Assembly: GCA_023231475.1 (NCBI GenBank)
Contig: JALJEE010001992.1
Location: 1 to 41,187 of the forward strand
DNA from: Seison nebaliae
Taxonomy: Eukaryota
DNA: 41,187 nt
Direction: 5' to 3'
Part shown: piece after piece, positions 1 to 10,332 of the stretch
How the letters are laid out: every line of letters starts with the position of its first letter
Numbering within the stretch: the stretch's first letter is position 1
Notes under the pieces: model-generated
What the model was told of the DNA's origin: nothing
Databases searched by the model: none
Seen by the model: only the letters and a program-made list of their open reading frames with translations
Program-made: the position numbers and the translations under genes

Positions 1-286
1 AATTTTAATCGAATCGTGTTCGATATGCAGAAGAAAAAAAGAAATTCTGATAAAAAACATGAGAAATTTATTATTAGATTAGAACAGATATATTATGAAA
101 TCATGAAATGAATTATTTGTCAACAAAAACCGTTTCAAAATTGACAATATATATATATATTTTTTTCATAATAATTCATTTCATGATTTCATAATATATC
201 TGTTCTAATCTAATAATAAATTTCTCATGTTTTTTATCAGAATTTCTTTTTTTGTTCTGCATATCGAACACGATTCGATTAAAATT
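1..286. repeat. Long near-perfect inverted repeat (arms 1-117 and 170-286)
   Basis: 117-bp arms are reverse complements with one mismatch seen. The 52-nt spacer contains (AT)n. The left arm runs to the window edge. Confidence 0.95.
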
Positions 287-343
287 ATATAATTATATTA
301 TATATATAAGTTAAGATATAATAAGAAATGGAATTAATATCAT

Positions 344-778
344 CTAAACCTCAAAAGTTATACAAATCTTTTTCGACTTCAATTTCTCTTTAATATTTTC
401 GAAAATTTGAGAATATGTAGTTTCGAGAGTTTCTTTTAATTGGTAACGGTTTGGCAGTCGAATACTTGATTCATGCGAAAATTGAATCAAATATTCATTC
501 TTTACAAACTGATTTGAAGCACCAGATGTAATGATAGCTTTTCCTAATAAATTCGTTAATTTTTTTCTTTGCTGGAATGTAAATTTTCCGTTATTCTCCA
601 ACAATCGAGTATGTAATTCTGAATGATAATGTTTTAAGTGACTCATTCTTTGAGCACTGTTTATTTGTTTTATTTTTTTCCCACAGATGACATTACCATT
701 CTCCACTAAACAAACTGAGTTTTTCTTATTTGGGGAGTCTCGAAAATATTGATGAACTGCACTTCTTCAATTTATCAT
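344..778 (-). pseudogene. hAT-family transposase relic (N-terminal BED zinc finger region)
   Basis: In-frame translation MIN*RSAVHQYF...SVCLVENGNVICGKKI...HLKHYH gives a BED finger (C..C..H..H). It continues ...RLPNRYQLKETLE...IKEKLKSKKICITFEV*, ending where the first catalytic D-x-W motif is expected. Premature stops are present. Confidence 0.75.
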
Positions 779-1045
779 ATTATGTTGATCAATAATTAAT
801 TCTATTAAAGTCTGAATCTTAAACCATGCGGTTAAACGATGGACATCAAGCAGTCGACTAATAGCATTGTTTGAAGTATTTTAAAGATTATAAACGTTGG
901 CTTATCTTCTAATATTTGTCAAATATTTTAATCGTCTTTCGTCTAAAATGGTTTAATTAAGGCCTCAAAGACATTCGTCTTTCAGAGATATATTGTATTG
1001 ACAGATTTTCTATACAAAAATTCGTCTCTACTAGAGATTATTAAA

Positions 1046-1564
1046 ATGGTAAGGAATTACGTACGAAAAACGGAGAAACTAGATAGTGCGAAAATGGACT
1101 TAGCATTAGAGGAATATGATAAAAGAAAGAAAAGTATAAGAGGAGCGGCAAAGTAGTTTGGAATTCCTTATGCAACATTATCTCGAAAAATTAGAACGAA
1201 TAAGGAGAATCTAGATCAGAATATGATGGTTTTCACATCAACTGAAGAAGGTTCGTTCTGTGAGCATTTAAAGATTTATTCCCACTTCAACATAACCATA
1301 ACTGAATAAGATTTTAGAATCATAATTGGAAATTATTTACAAAGAACGAACCGAAATGTGAAAATTTTTGTGAATAATATTCCGGGAAAGGATTGGTTTT
1401 ACGGATTCTTAAAAAGAAATCCCTCAATGTCAAACAAACTCACGCGCACAATTTGATTGCGAAGAAGTATTATCAATGTGGATCTGATGCATTTATACAT
1501 AAGCAACGTTAAAGATTCATTGGAAGACGTCGATCGAGAATTTGGAAGAATTTTTGATCGCTAA
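1046..1564 (+). pseudogene. pogo/Tigger-type (psq HTH + CENP-B HTH) transposase relic
   Basis: MVRNYVRKT...SIRGAAK*FGIPYATLSRK...VFTSTEE...FVNNIPGKDWFYGFLKRNP matches typical pogo DNA-binding motifs. There are three internal in-frame stops and no DDE domain visible. Confidence 0.85.
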
Positions 1565-2346
1565 TTATTAGGAAAGAGTTTTTTAAAGCATTTTGAGGAG
1601 AATATTGAATCGATTACCCCTAAAAGCAGCCAAGATCAGAAATACTTGATCCTGATTTGAATTTAGCGGAGCAATTTGACAAAGAAAATTCGGAACCATA
1701 ATGTATTTTTGTATATGTTGTAAGTGATAATGAAAAGTATATTTCATTAACATCACCAAATCCCACAAAAACCCTTATGAGAAACGACCTTCTATATTAA
1801 TGGCTAATACGTCATTTATAAAAGGAAAGAGGAGTTCTTGATGGATGACTTTATGTGAATAACACTAATCGTACGATAACGATTATATATCTATATACAT
1901 ATAATGTGTTATCTATATAGATATATCAAATAAAGTGTACTCGTTCAAATTGCTTCCGCGCAGCCCACTGCTAACACATGGTAGCAGCGAGTGGCTTTGT
2001 AAGGCATTTGTAATTAATTTTTTTTCGGCAATTAAACTTTCTAAAAATTTGACAGATTCTAAATAATGAATTAGTCCGCTTCTATGGAGATTTTCAAACA
2101 TTTTCAAAACATCTTATAATGAGAACAAATTGAATTTTTTTTGGCCAAATAAGCTTACTGTTAGTCGATCAACATCATAATCAAAAATATTTTAAAATGG
2201 CTGCAACTTTTTTCTTATTTAAAATTCGATAAAAATGAATTCATACTGTGAAAGTACGTATTTTCTAAAACCTATAAAACTATTTTAAAAGAAATTTACA
2301 TATTAGGAAAATGATATAGGGCTAATAAAAAGAAGCTTGCTACGAA

Positions 2347-2392
2347 GTGTCTAATTTTGCCCCAATGTTTCATTTTGCCATACAAGGCGGTA
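2347..2392. mobile_element. Probable right terminal inverted repeat of the pogo-like element, followed by TA
   Basis: ...TTTTGCCCCA...TTTTGCCATACAAGGCGG|TA has a doubled TTTTGCC motif and a CGG|TA end resembling pogo-type termini. No matching left TIR was found. Confidence 0.45.
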
Positions 2393-2624
2393 CTGAGAAT
2401 TTGAATGATAATGATATGACTTTTCCTGACATCATTTCAATTATGAACAGTAACCGAAATTAGGTGGATCTTTTTTTTCCTTGACAATCTAGAACGATTG
2501 CCGAAAAATTAGAATAGAAAGAAGAATTAGATGATAGAAAAAAAGAAATGATTAGTGTCGAATAAATTTATTGGCTGAAATAGAATATAAGAGTTAAATA
2601 AATTTATTGAGATTCCATTCCTTG

Positions 2625-3067
2625 TTATCCCTTCGATATCTTGATCTGACTGAGACAACCACCACAGGCCTCGAAATAAGGACTGCAAACATTATTTGTC
2701 ATAATTCGCAGCAGGGTTCCAATATTGCCAACACAAATCGATGTCACTCGGACATATGGTACCATACACCAAATTTGGAAGAGAGCGACAGAAGCGAACA
2801 CCGTAGCCCATCCACAACCACAACAGCAACAACATAAGCCTTGGATGGTCATATACCAACATCGCTTCCAACATTCGAAGATTTTTCGAGTACAATCCCA
2901 TGCACAATCGCATGATCGAATACCTTTTGGTTCTCCGAAAACCTCATCAAATTCCACCTGTAAATGAATGAAGGAAAGATGAAGAGTTAGAGGTGGGGAA
3001 CTTTCAAATTATCATGGAGACTATTTGGATCTCGATTATCATCATCACTAGTTTTCATACAAGCCAT
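2625..3067 (-). CDS. CAV: Caveolin (132 aa, 2 exons; intron 2958-3001)
   Basis: Spliced product MACMKTSDDDNRDPNSLHDNLK|VEFDEVFGEPKGIRSCDCAW carries the RDP motif and the FEDVIAEP-like caveolin signature, then a hydrophobic Cys-rich hairpin region. Confidence 0.93.
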
Positions 3068-3577
3068 TTTGACTGAGTTTTTTTAGAAAGTTCTAGATGG
3101 AAACTTTTCGATGAAATTTTATTTGATTTTCACTACTAGCCCATTAGTCCAAATCGATTTACTATTAATGTGAGTGGAATGTTATGACAACGGAATTTGA
3201 TTGTTATAAACTCAACATTTTAAGCAATCATTTCCCAAAAACGCGTTGAAATGTGTTCCTATCGTTACGCAATTCATATTGGAACTCCGAGTGAAGTGGG
3301 CGTACACGAGAGTTAAGGTATCGAAGCATAATTTCGGAAGATATAAACGCCATATCATTACAATTTTCAAGTGCCTACCAACCGTACAATAACATGTAGA
3401 TTCATGGACGAATTTTTCGTGTTAGATTATATGAGTTCCCTCCATACAATATGTTCTTCAAACTAGAAGAAATATCGAATTAAAAATCTCTTCAATACAA
3501 CAAATGATTTAATGAGTTCTCTACAATTACTTCAATTTATTTACTCAAATTTCTTAGGTTAATAATTCCTCAAGGTC

Positions 3578-5292
3578 TTATTCCGATTCATCTTTTTCAT
3601 CCGGCATCTTTAACTCCAATTGATACCAATTCATACCATTCTCTACAAACTGTGAAATGGGGGCATCTTCACTTCCAATGAAAATATGTCCTAAGGATTG
3701 TTCCAAACCTGTTCGGGGGAAAACACACAAAATTTGAGTGACAAACACGATTTGTGAGAAATTGGAGTTTGCGAAACTTGTTTTTGAGAATGCGATTACT
3801 TCGATCAGTACCATATATTCCTTCATCTTTTCGAAGAGATCGAAGTTGAAATTGGTAAAATATCTCACAGGAATACTACTATGAAGTGTAGCGGCTCGAC
3901 CTCTCTTCAGGACGAGTGGTTCACCTTTCCATATGAGAATGGCTCGAATGTAAAAATCTTTCGATTTGATCATTTCGAAAAAGTGGAAAAAATTAACTGT
4001 AAGTTACTCGACTGGCCAGAACTCGTTGGAAATGACGAATAGAAATCTTAAGTAATCTTTCATCATCTGATATACAAACTTGCATTTCCAACATGTACAC
4101 AGCATCCTACAAAACTCAAATTCATGCAACTTTTATTTTTCGATATGGTCATGGAAACGTTGGAAAAAGAGATAACAATCATCTCATTAATGCACCAAAA
4201 ATGTATGTTAAATTGAATGACAATCATCATTAAAACAAGTTTCTTATAAAAATTTCAGATATTAACATTCTGTTCGGGTATCAAATCTCGCCATACGATT
4301 TTTCCATAAGCCAGACTTTGCAGTGCCCCCGTATCACTTAATGCATAGATGGTGGAGCCAATACAAACTGGATCGTCTTCATTCGTATTAGTATCGAATA
4401 TCGTCAATTTTAAATAGCGTTCTGTAATGTTACTTTCTGGTACCTAATTCTGGAGGTCAGATTTTATTGATGTTTAAGAGGAAACTTCGAAATTGAGAGA
4501 TTCGTGATAATTTGGATTTCTGCCTTTAACAACATTCGTTTGCTTGTAATCTTTGTCTGGTAATAATTGGACACTGGATGAGAAGGAATGATGGAAATGT
4601 TGGAGAAGAAATTAAACCGCACGAAAGTTTCTGGCGATAATGGTGTTGCACCTGCCAAATTTGCTGCTTTTATCACCGTCACTCTTAAACGGATGAAGTT
4701 CACACATTCTAAAGCAAACCAAATCCTTCCCATCGTACTCACTGGTAACGTTGTAGTTTTATAATCGAAATTTGTCCTTTCCGGTTCTCGTTCATATTTC
4801 ATGTCGTTAACTGTTACTTCAGCTCGAATTACATTCTCATCTTCAACATATCGATCTCTTTAAATGATTTTTCGTTAGTCGAACATGACGATTGTATTAT
4901 ATTTTAACTGTGCAGTCAATTTCTTTTTTTCCGCACCAACAAAACGAGGTCTGAAAAATCATTTTATTTACTTCTATAACCAAATCGAATTAAACGTCAG
5001 TGGAACAAGTCTAAAAAAATAAAATTGGATCTTCTTCTCACAATTAAGTAAACCCTCGAGGGATGCATTTCATGTTGTCATACAACCAAATTGCATACAT
5101 TCCTAATAGTAACAAGAGAAGACCGAATACCACTAGAATGATATAAGCTTATTTATTATGTAGTTTACTGAAATGAAAGACTGTCAAACTTCCACCTGTC
5201 GCGAAATTAGTGGGTGGGGGAACGGGTTGAGATAAATCTGAAAATATTAATTGTTCATTCGCAAAATTCGCATTATCCAAATCGAGATCCAT
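3578..5292 (-). CDS. Synaptotagmin-like protein (N-terminal TM helix, tandem C2 domains; about 10 exons)
   Basis: ATG at 5292. TM segment YIILVVFGLLLLLGMYAIWLY. C2A: GRIWFAL..RLRVTVIKAANL..TFVRVQLLPD..QTNVVKGRNPNYHESLNFEV..LKLTIFD..IVWRDL. A divergent C2B ends LGHIFIG..WYQL. Nine GTT..AG introns keep the frame. Confidence 0.8.
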
Positions 5293-5394
5293 TTCTCATG
5301 GAAATTCTATTTTAAACAATTGAAAATTGGGAAATTCATATACTCTTTCAATTCTCCTTCTTTCAATAAGGCGAGACAAATTTTAACAAAGCAT

Positions 5395-5545
5395 TTATTA
5401 GAAAATATTATAATAAATATATCAGAAAAACTCTCTCATAGAACAGAAATTATCAGAAAATTTTTCAAGAAAAAGTTCAGTAAAAAATTCTCTTATAAAA
5501 ATTTTATTAAAAAATTTTTCCATGAAAATTTTCCTGGAAATTTAA
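5395..5545. repeat. Degenerate A/T-tract minisatellite (about 12-bp period)
   Basis: Recurring AAAATTTT-like units. This explains the K/F/I-rich spurious ORF 5251-5604. Confidence 0.45.
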
Positions 5546-5734
5546 ATAATGTTTATATTAGTTACTCAATTTTCTTTTATCAAATTAAAAATGAATTTAA
5601 TTGATGTTCTAATCGCTGGGCCGGGCTTCCTTAAGGGCGCCAAAATTTGGTGTTGAGATTTGTGTGTTTTTTTTCTGATTTCCTAAAGAGATTTCTAAAA
5701 AAGACAGATTGGAAAATGGAGGATGGAAGAGATT

Positions 5735-6241
5735 TTATGAGAACATTATTGTATCTGATGTGGGATTGTATGTAAATGGTTGTTGGGAATTGAGATGGAT
5801 TCCATCTTTGAACGTTTGCTACAAGAGAGAATTATATTATGAAATTTACGGTGAAATTAAAAATGTTACCGGATACCATAACTTCTTCGGTGTTTCGACA
5901 TTTCCTTTGTTTAACGATTGGTAGTATTCGAGTTTCTTATCCAAATCATCTAATGTTAACGATCTGTTGGATATAGAGAGGTTAAACAACAAAGGAATTA
6001 ATTGAATTAACGAGAAATTTTGACGATTGTCTAATGGTTGTCTGTCTGTTAATTCGTTCTTTTTATGGTTTGTTAATAGAGATAATTCATCTTTCGACAC
6101 ACTCAGAGTATGACGACAATGTTCGTCAGACAATTTCCCCATTACGTTATGTCGGTCAATTTGACGGAAGGTTGGTAGTTTGGGATGGTAAAGTTCCGTT
6201 TTAACTGAATTCAATGAGACATTAACATGATGTGTCATGGT
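5735..6241 (-). CDS. Hypothetical protein (5' end uncertain)
   Basis: 130-codon ORF preceded by a pyrimidine-rich acceptor (ccatag). A probable 51-nt intron at 5819-5869 joins LWYP|QTFKDGIH...MFS*. No family recognised. Confidence 0.45.
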
Positions 6242-6651
6242 CTATGGTAGTTGGGGGCGGGGGTGTAAAGTAAAAGTTGAGAGGCGAAAGAAACGAAAAC
6301 TAAATCAGCCAGTAAATAGAGTTTACTTAACAAATCATTGACCTTTATCCAAACTTTCCATTGTGATGTTAAGGGATTATAGATGTAAAGAAACTCGAAA
6401 GAATATCCAAAGGATTGGGGGAGAATTTATCCAGTGAATTCTGTGCAAAATGACCTTCGATAATAAGGCAAATAATTCATAAATAAGAAGTTTCCATAGT
6501 AAATCAGTTTTGAATCGTCAATAAAAAGTGAAGAATGAAGAAAAGAAAGAAGTTTTATTTCCCTAAAACCAACTTCTTCAGCGAGCAATTTATTTACCAC
6601 AACTAATATTTAATAAAGATAAAATAAAATTCTCATAATGCAAATAATGAA

Positions 6652-7060
6652 TTATTCACAACACTTTCCCGTCTCCCTCCCAAAGAACGAGTGTTTCGGG
6701 GACGATAACTTTTAAATCAGTTATTAGTATTTGTTATCCCAAAAATATACTACGACTTGGCACAATTTTCACTTTGTTGATACTACCCAATAATCGTTTT
6801 AATTCATTTCTTGATCGGATTGGACGCCATCCAGGTAAAGGATTCTTCGAATCTTCCTTCGTCTTGTATGAGTATCGTTTCTTCTTCAGTAACAATGGAA
6901 GGAGTCGATTCATTCGATGGAAATTAAACTGAGTGTGACTTTTGTATTGTTGTTCGTTCACAGGCCACGTCGATATGGGAATGTTGGAGTATATTGACTC
7001 GGAGTAAAACATCCTCATCAAACTACATAGACAAATGCACAAAATATTCAATGTCATCAT
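6652..7060 (-). CDS. Candidate secreted neuropeptide/prohormone precursor
   Basis: Signal-like N-terminus MMTLNILCICLCSLMRMFYSES and a KKKR site. It ends IFLG* if unspliced (stop at 6734), or SFF-GR...* via intron 6709-6772. Confidence 0.5.
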
Positions 7061-8016
7061 GTCTGAGAGAAATTGTTGGAAGAGTGGGTTGTCGAATAAA
7101 TGACGACCAACAAATTTCAATTTTCTTTAAACTAAAAATTTTTGTGACGATTCTACATTCACGAACTTTTATGTTTCCGTTTTCTAATGACTTTCTAATG
7201 ATGATTCTGAAATTTTAGCAATGTCATGAATTAGGTTTCTTCTCATCAATCTAATGATGATGATGAAATGATGCACCTCATCGGCCTTCTCATCAGCCGA
7301 AAGAGCTTAAAGAATAAATTGGAAATGGGAATCATTATCCATGCTTCATTCCATTACACTGAATTTGATTTTCATTCTTCGATATCATCAAACATTCGTT
7401 CTGATTCCAACTCGTTTACGAAATAATTCAAACGAATTAACCAAATTTACGTTTCAATTAATTGGAGATTTTTTGGATACATGAATTAATCACACGGTCG
7501 ACATATTAAACTTCTTAATGAAAATAATTCAAATCGACAACTGTGATGGAAGAATGAGTTTATATAATTCCTATCATTTAAATCCGTCATCTATTTCTAG
7601 TCTACTTCTCTGACTTCCAACTAAAATGTCGGCCAATTCAGTCTGTTATTCTGATTTAGATTCTGCTAGTATTAATAATAAATTTAACACTAAAAATATT
7701 TAACTGAAACTGTTTCATGTAACAATAAGTGGGATAATAAGAAAACTTAATTTAAAGAAATAGAACAATTCTCAAGTTTTAACTAATCGTACATGTTCTA
7801 GGTTGTAGAACATTTCCAGGATGAAATTGAATGAAATGTAAAATTTATATTATTCATATTCAACTGTTGTTGTTAACTTGTTACTAGTGTTAAGACGAAA
7901 AAGGTGGTTTATTGAATAACAAATTAGTAAGACAAGAATCGTTTATAATTTCAATTATCGATTAAAAATATTGAAAAAAAATTAAGTAAAATTTAAAGAT
8001 TGGAAAATTTTATTAA

Positions 8017-8375
8017 CAAGGGAAGTACCCATGTTACAACTTCGCAAACTAGTTGAAAAAAATTAGAGAGCTGTGAAAAATAATGTAACAACCCTATGCA
8101 AAAAATCAGCTGCGACTTTTTTACTGGCGGTAATGAAAATTCAAAATTTGTGCTCAATATAAAATTGTTATGTGTTCAAATTAATTAAATTTATGTATAC
8201 TTTTATAATATTAATTATACATAAATTTAATTAATTTGATAAATTTCATAAATTTTATACTTCGCCAGTAAAAAAGTCGCAGCTGATTTTTTGCATAGGG
8301 TTGTTACATTATTTTTCACACCTCTGTAATTTTTTTCAACTAGTTTGCAAAGTTGTAACATGGGTACTTCCCTTG
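8017..8375. mobile_element. MITE, 359 bp, 113-bp TIRs, TAA flanking duplication
   Basis: 8017-8129 and 8263-8375 are reverse complements with a few mismatches. An inner 24-bp inverted repeat lies at 8176-8199/8216-8239. TAA is present on both flanks and there is no ORF. Confidence 0.88.
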
Positions 8376-8783
8376 TAAGCAGACGATGTAGTATGATATG
8401 TTAATAACTTTAAATAATGTTAATCAGAATAATAAAAATATAGTGGATAAGAGGGAAAATGATATGTAAAGACTTAAAATGAGTAAAAGACAGATATCTC
8501 ATGATAATCTGCTTGTGGTGGACTCAATCGTTAAGCACAAAAGATATTTTTCTTCATAAATTTCAAGTTGTCAAATTGTTAACGAGGAAAATCCATCAAC
8601 CTTAATCGATAAAGTACGATGTAAATTTAAACAAATGCTTCAATTCTTGCCCATTCTGTGGAAAGTGTGAAATTCAAATTTATTCTATTGGAATTTGTTG
8701 TTCTATTAAAAAAAGAGACTCTTCATTTTGAGAACAAAAAAATAGAAAGAAAAGTGTATTCGATCGGTAATCCGTCAGCAGGT

Positions 8784-9527
8784 TCATTTTTGTTTAAGGA
8801 ATGGTTTATTTAATAAAAGTCGCAATCTTTCTGTTTTAATTGCTCCTATTCCCGAACATTTAGCAATATCATCATCTTTCGCATTCGCCAAATTCTTCAA
8901 ATTGTCAAATTGTTTCAACAGTTCATCGATATCGTTTACTGTAAATTTTGAAAATTTGTTCATGGTATGATGGAAATTCATTTGATGGGAAAGTTTGGGA
9001 GAATTGAGGATTTCAATGATGGTCGTCGTTTCACATTTCTTATTTCGTCGTTGAACTTCTTCACTGATCACTTGTAAATGACGATAGTGTTGTGCCGAAA
9101 TATTTCCATATTTACTTAAAATGATAATATAAGTTGCAATATCTTCGAATGTAAATCCAACGAGTAATTTAAAGTTTTTATCGATACATAATTTATTCAA
9201 TTCATTGAGACATTCAGCTGGTAGTGTTGTATTGTCTTTTTGAGGGAGATCGATATGAAGTAAGAGAATAAATTGAAGATCTTGTCCTCTATCTTCGACG
9301 GATGTGGCACTGGTTAATCGTTCGGTGATATACACCGAATTCGCCAGATGATATCTCAAACTCAAATAATAACAACAACAAATTAATTTTCCATTGTTGA
9401 TTGGATGGAAATCGCCTATGATATCATCATATTCCCATTTGATTTCATTCAAATGTTTTAACAATGAATTATTCCCTTTCTGTCTCGTATTCACCAACAA
9501 CTTACCATCTCCCAATCCTAATGACAT
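8784..9527 (-). CDS. ERCC1: DNA excision repair protein ERCC1/Rad10 (intronless, 247 aa)
   Basis: LLVNTRQKGN..LLK..WEYDDIIGDF..YLSLRYH..YITERL central domain, plus a C-terminal HhH2 (LLKQFDNLKNLANA..CSGIGAIKTERL..LNKPF). Confidence 0.93.
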   Translation of the reverse strand: MSLGLGDGKLLVNTRQKGNNSLLKHLNEIKWEYDDIIGDFHPINNGKLICCCYYLSLRYHLANSVYITERLTSATSVEDRGQDLQFILLLHIDLPQKDNTTLPAECLNELNKLCIDKNFKLLVGFTFEDIATYIIILSKYGNISAQHYRHLQVISEEVQRRNKKCETTTIIEILNSPKLSHQMNFHHTMNKFSKFTVNDIDELLKQFDNLKNLANAKDDDIAKCSGIGAIKTERLRLLLNKPFLKQK

Positions 9528-10332
9528 CAGTCCTTTCTTTAATTAATTTAAACTTCAGATTAAAATTCCTCAATTGGCAAACGTTTCTTTTTTAAAATAA
9601 TTTATTTTAAAATATCAAAAGCCAAGAAATGCCATGGAATATCATTTTGTATAATAATTTAATTTTCAGTCCCTCACAGATTATGGGATAAGACCTGGGA
9701 TATTATTTTTTTTAAAGTTGAGAAAAAAGTATAACGAGGCTAATTACACTATCTGATTTTAATTTGCTGATCGTTAGTCAAATAAAATTACCAATGTTCA
9801 TTAATGATTATTACCATGTACATAATCATAAACCAATTACGTATAACAGAATAAGAATGTTATCTGGCTATATTGCACATTAATCGATGTGTCTGTATTT
9901 TTAAGAAAATGCTTATGTTAAAAAAAGTTTGCAAAAACACAAAAAAATATTGAATATTAAATTATTTGAATAGAAAGAGAAATATTCTTCTCTCTTATTC
10001 GTGAGTGGATCAATGTAAAATTTAAAAATAATTATAAACGTCACAATTGTGAACGTCGATGTTTTGTCTCTTGTCTTTCGACAAACATAATTTTATTATT
10101 GTTGAGAATACGATATCCTGTCTCAAGAACATCTTAAAACTTACTTTGAAGATTTTAATGAACAAATATTTCATATTTATCCACTATCTATTCATTGACG
10201 AGTTTTTTTAATTTCTATTTAAACAGTGACTGTCACCATAAGAAATTAACATTCTTATTTTATTATAAACTTTTCTCCCAGCCGAACGTATTGGAAATTA
10301 ACAGTTGACGTTCGATATAATTTGTTCGACGC

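Noticed and set aside
344..1564. In-frame stops as evidence of stop-codon reassignment
   Set aside because: They occur only in transposon relics. Conserved genes have none and end in TAA (H2B), TAG (GPD2) and TGA (SLC6).
2607..2967. Plus-strand and alternative-frame ORFs over caveolin, and similar shadow ORFs over SLC6, MTMR, SENP, RLR and GPD2
   Set aside because: Antisense or out-of-frame shadows of well-supported genes, many with TTG/GTG starts and no motifs.
5251..5604. 117-aa K/F/I-rich ORF
   Set aside because: TTG start and composition explained by A/T-tract repeats. It overlaps the SYT-like first exon antisense.
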